Source: Candidatus Hydrogenedentota bacterium
Lineage (GTDB): Bacteria; Hydrogenedentota; Hydrogenedentia; Hydrogenedentales; SLHB01
Direction: 5' to 3'
Assembly (NCBI GenBank): GCA_045863335.1
Contig: BTVY01000065.1
Span: 1-28,394, forward strand
Length of the DNA: 28,394 nt
Shown here one piece after another: positions 25,742-28,394 of the stretch. Numbering within the stretch: the first letter of the stretch is position 1; each line of letters begins with the position of its first letter. The notes beneath the pieces are model-generated. The model did no database searches. It saw nothing but the letters and a program-made list of their open reading frames with translations, and had not been told where the DNA came from. A program made the translations under genes and the position numbers.

Positions 25742-28246
25742 ATGAGGCAGAATACGAGTGCTGTTGCCGTCGTCGCATGGATTGCGTTGGTCACCTGCCT
25801 TGGGGCGAAAGCGGAAGATCGCGTCGATTCACCCGGGATAGCGCAGACGATCGGCGACATCCTGTGGGTCTGGGGCAATCCGGAGATGGGGACCCCGGGG
25901 CCGCACACCGCTTTCAGTTTCGCGGAAGCTGCGCCCGCTGAGAGAGCCCAGTTACTCGGAGTTCCCAACATCATCATGGCGGGTCTGGGTATCCCCTCCG
26001 ACGAGACGGAGGCCGAACGGTTGACGGGTGAGGTTGCCCATGCGCCACGGCTCGTGTGGGAGATTGCACCGGATGGGCAAGACGGCGTCGCTCCATTCTC
26101 GTACGACCAAACCATCGGCCGCGTCCGCACACTCGCCGGGCGCTATCCCCAGATTGAAGGCGTGTTGCTGGACGACATGACGAGTCTCGGAATCGATCAA
26201 GGATTCGAACCGGGCCATATCGGGCGCATCCGCGAGCTGCTGGGCGATACGCACGGCGCGGTGAAGGTCTGGGGTGTGGTGTACACGATGAACCTCGGCC
26301 GCGAGAACATCGATGCCTACCTCACGGAACTGGACGTCATCAATCTGTGGACTTGGCACGCCAAAGACATTCCGCAACTGCGGCAGCACGTCACGGCTAT
26401 CCGCGAACGGTTTCCCGAGAAGCCCATCGTGCTCGGCTTGTATCTTTACGACTATGGCGACGGGCGCGCCATGCCGATCGACCTTCTTGCGGAGCAATGC
26501 GAGACCGCGCTCGAGCTGGCGCAACGCGGCACCGTGCAGGGCATCGCGTTCCTGACGATCACGAACGATCCCGCCACGGTCGCGTGGACGTCCGACTGGA
26601 TCGACCATGTGAAAGACGAGCCCCTCGTTCCGGCCGCGACACCACCGGCGCCGGATTCACGGGAACTGCAGTTGGACGACGGCTCTCAATGGCAGTATCT
26701 CGGTGGCGATTGGTCGCAAGACGCGGAAGGCGTGATTCGTCCCCAGGACGTCCGCAATCTCCACAGCCGTGCCTTCGCGCTCGACCGCGCGTACGGGGAT
26801 GTTCGCGTGGAGTTCGAGTTCAACGGCGACTACCGCGAGACCGGAACCGGCAGCGCGGGGATCATCCTGCGCGCGCAGGATGCCAACCATTTCTATCTCG
26901 TGTACTTTCCGTGGGGCGGGCAGCAGCTGCGCGCCAAGCATTTCTGGGCCGTCATCGCGAAGGTCGATGGTGACGGGTATATCCGCCATTTGGCGGCGGA
27001 GTGGGTGCCCGGACTGCCGAGCGAAACAGACCGCTGGTACCAAGTGAAGGTGGAAGCGACGGGCCCGCAGATTCGCGTGTGGGTCGATGGAAGACGCGCC
27101 GTCGAAGTGGAGGACGATTCGTACCGCGGCGGACGAATGGGTCTCGCCGGGTACGGCTGGTATGCGTTCCGCAACGTCCGTATTGGCGGGAGCGAGGTCG
27201 AACCGGAGAACTGGGACGCGACGCAATCGATACCGCAGCATGCGTTCACTGTAGGGTTGTCCAGCGAGCAGATGCCCAGTTCATGCATCGCGCCGAATGG
27301 CGACGTGCTTATTGCGGCCGGCAATCTGTTGGTACGGTCCCGGGATCGCGGCCGTACCTGGGAAGCGCCCGAGACCCTGCCGGATACTTTAGGTACCGTG
27401 ACCGACTACGGCAACGCCATGTTCGCATCCGGCGACCGCGTTTACGCGATGCTGTACAACACGCAAGAGGCCGTCGGAAAACCCGTGCCCGAGATTCTGC
27501 TCGTCGAGTCCAGCGAAAACGGCGCGACTTGGTCCGAACCGCAGCCTGCGGAGGTCGCGCCGGAGTGGCCGGCCTATCCGAAGAACCTCGTGCCGTACGG
27601 ACCTGTCCTGGAGAACAGCGACGGCGTCTGGATGCGGTTTCTATTGGGCGGCGTGAAACTCGATAACGATCCCTTCCCCGATGTGCGCACCTGGGGTTCG
27701 ATCCACGCCAAGGCCTTCGTGATCCGCAGCGCGGATCGGGGCAAGAGCTGGTCGGCGCCCATCGAACTCGACCGGCCATCCTGGGTCGGGACCGAACGCG
27801 GTACCATCCCCGGATCGCTCGATTTCACGGAGCCGACCGGGGTCGTAATTGGCGATTCCGTCACCGTGTTGATTCGGCCCGTGTACAGTCCCTACATGTG
27901 GCAATGCTGGTCCTACGACGGCGGCGCAACCTGGGACGCGGCACGGCGCGCCACGTTTCCCGGTTACGCGCAGTCCATGGTGCGGACCCAGTCCGGCGCG
28001 ATCCTGTGCGCCCACCGGTATCCCCATTACGCGGTGAACGTGAGCCGCGACGACGGGATCCATTGGGACGCCGGGACGGTTATCGACTACCCCGTATGGG
28101 CCATGGGCACGCTGATCGAGGTCGAACCGGATGTCGTGCTGGCCACCTACATGAACGCCGAGCGGTCCCAGCCCTTGCTGGCGCAGCGCATCGTGGTAAC
28201 GCCGACCGGTGTGCGGCCCGCAAGCGTAGCGGCATCCCGCGAGTAA
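25742..28246 (+). CDS. Secreted multidomain protein: TIM-barrel-like domain + DUF1080/ConA-like domain + BNR/Asp-box (sialidase-like) propeller
   Basis: GGAGG RBS; signal peptide AKA-E; GVLLDD; DRWYQVKVEATGPQIRVWVDG...GRMGL..FRNVRI; five Asp-boxes (SRDRGRTW, SSENGATW, SADRGKSW, SYDGGATW, SRDDGIHW). Confidence 0.87.
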   Translation: MRQNTSAVAVVAWIALVTCLGAKAEDRVDSPGIAQTIGDILWVWGNPEMGTPGPHTAFSFAEAAPAERAQLLGVPNIIMAGLGIPSDETEAERLTGEVAHAPRLVWEIAPDGQDGVAPFSYDQTIGRVRTLAGRYPQIEGVLLDDMTSLGIDQGFEPGHIGRIRELLGDTHGAVKVWGVVYTMNLGRENIDAYLTELDVINLWTWHAKDIPQLRQHVTAIRERFPEKPIVLGLYLYDYGDGRAMPIDLLAEQCETALELAQRGTVQGIAFLTITNDPATVAWTSDWIDHVKDEPLVPAATPPAPDSRELQLDDGSQWQYLGGDWSQDAEGVIRPQDVRNLHSRAFALDRAYGDVRVEFEFNGDYRETGTGSAGIILRAQDANHFYLVYFPWGGQQLRAKHFWAVIAKVDGDGYIRHLAAEWVPGLPSETDRWYQVKVEATGPQIRVWVDGRRAVEVEDDSYRGGRMGLAGYGWYAFRNVRIGGSEVEPENWDATQSIPQHAFTVGLSSEQMPSSCIAPNGDVLIAAGNLLVRSRDRGRTWEAPETLPDTLGTVTDYGNAMFASGDRVYAMLYNTQEAVGKPVPEILLVESSENGATWSEPQPAEVAPEWPAYPKNLVPYGPVLENSDGVWMRFLLGGVKLDNDPFPDVRTWGSIHAKAFVIRSADRGKSWSAPIELDRPSWVGTERGTIPGSLDFTEPTGVVIGDSVTVLIRPVYSPYMWQCWSYDGGATWDAARRATFPGYAQSMVRTQSGAILCAHRYPHYAVNVSRDDGIHWDAGTVIDYPVWAMGTLIEVEPDVVLATYMNAERSQPLLAQRIVVTPTGVRPASVAASRE

Positions 28247-28394
28247 AGCTGTCTGAGCCCTATTCGGCTTCACACTCGTGCAGTGAATTTGAAGGTCGCA
28301 CCAAATCTACGATCGGTACGTGAAGGAACATCCCCCTTGATCCCCCTTCACTCTTGTCCTAAACAGGATTTTGAGTCTTCTCATAGAAATGCCC

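Noticed and set aside
28321-28394. ATCCCCCTTG/ATCCCCCTTC direct repeat and small hairpins at the window end
   Set aside because: Possibly a REP-like or mobile-element edge, but too short and truncated to support.

Overview
GC-rich bacterial chromosomal window. The lineage is uncertain; the style of the secreted proteins suggests a Hydrogenedentota/PVC-like organism (inference only). In order it holds: (1) the 3' tail of a class C group II intron; (2) a large membrane-anchored surface protein with six DUF11 repeats, followed by a short secreted paralog of its first two repeats; (3) a PA/PDZ-containing M28 peptidase; (4) a CarH/LitR B12-photoreceptor gene divergent from a six-gene carotenoid operon (crtB, crtI, a Cys-nucleophile alpha/beta-hydrolase, a GT2, a second desaturase/oxidase, cruF), with CarH-type 11-bp repeats visible at both promoters; (5) rtcB preceded by a decayed rtcA fragment; (6) a Tat-exported unknown protein; (7) an intact DUF433/DUF5615 toxin-antitoxin pair plus an orphan DUF433 gene whose toxin is cut off at a dif-like site; (8) a Wzm/Wzt glycan exporter whose Wzt carries an unusual tandem-duplicated C-terminal domain, followed by a radical SAM enzyme; (9) a three-domain secreted glycosidase-like protein. 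The best candidates for new biology are the light-controlled carotenoid-glycoside pathway with a possible new acyltransferase type, and the Wzt tandem-domain/radical SAM glycan module.
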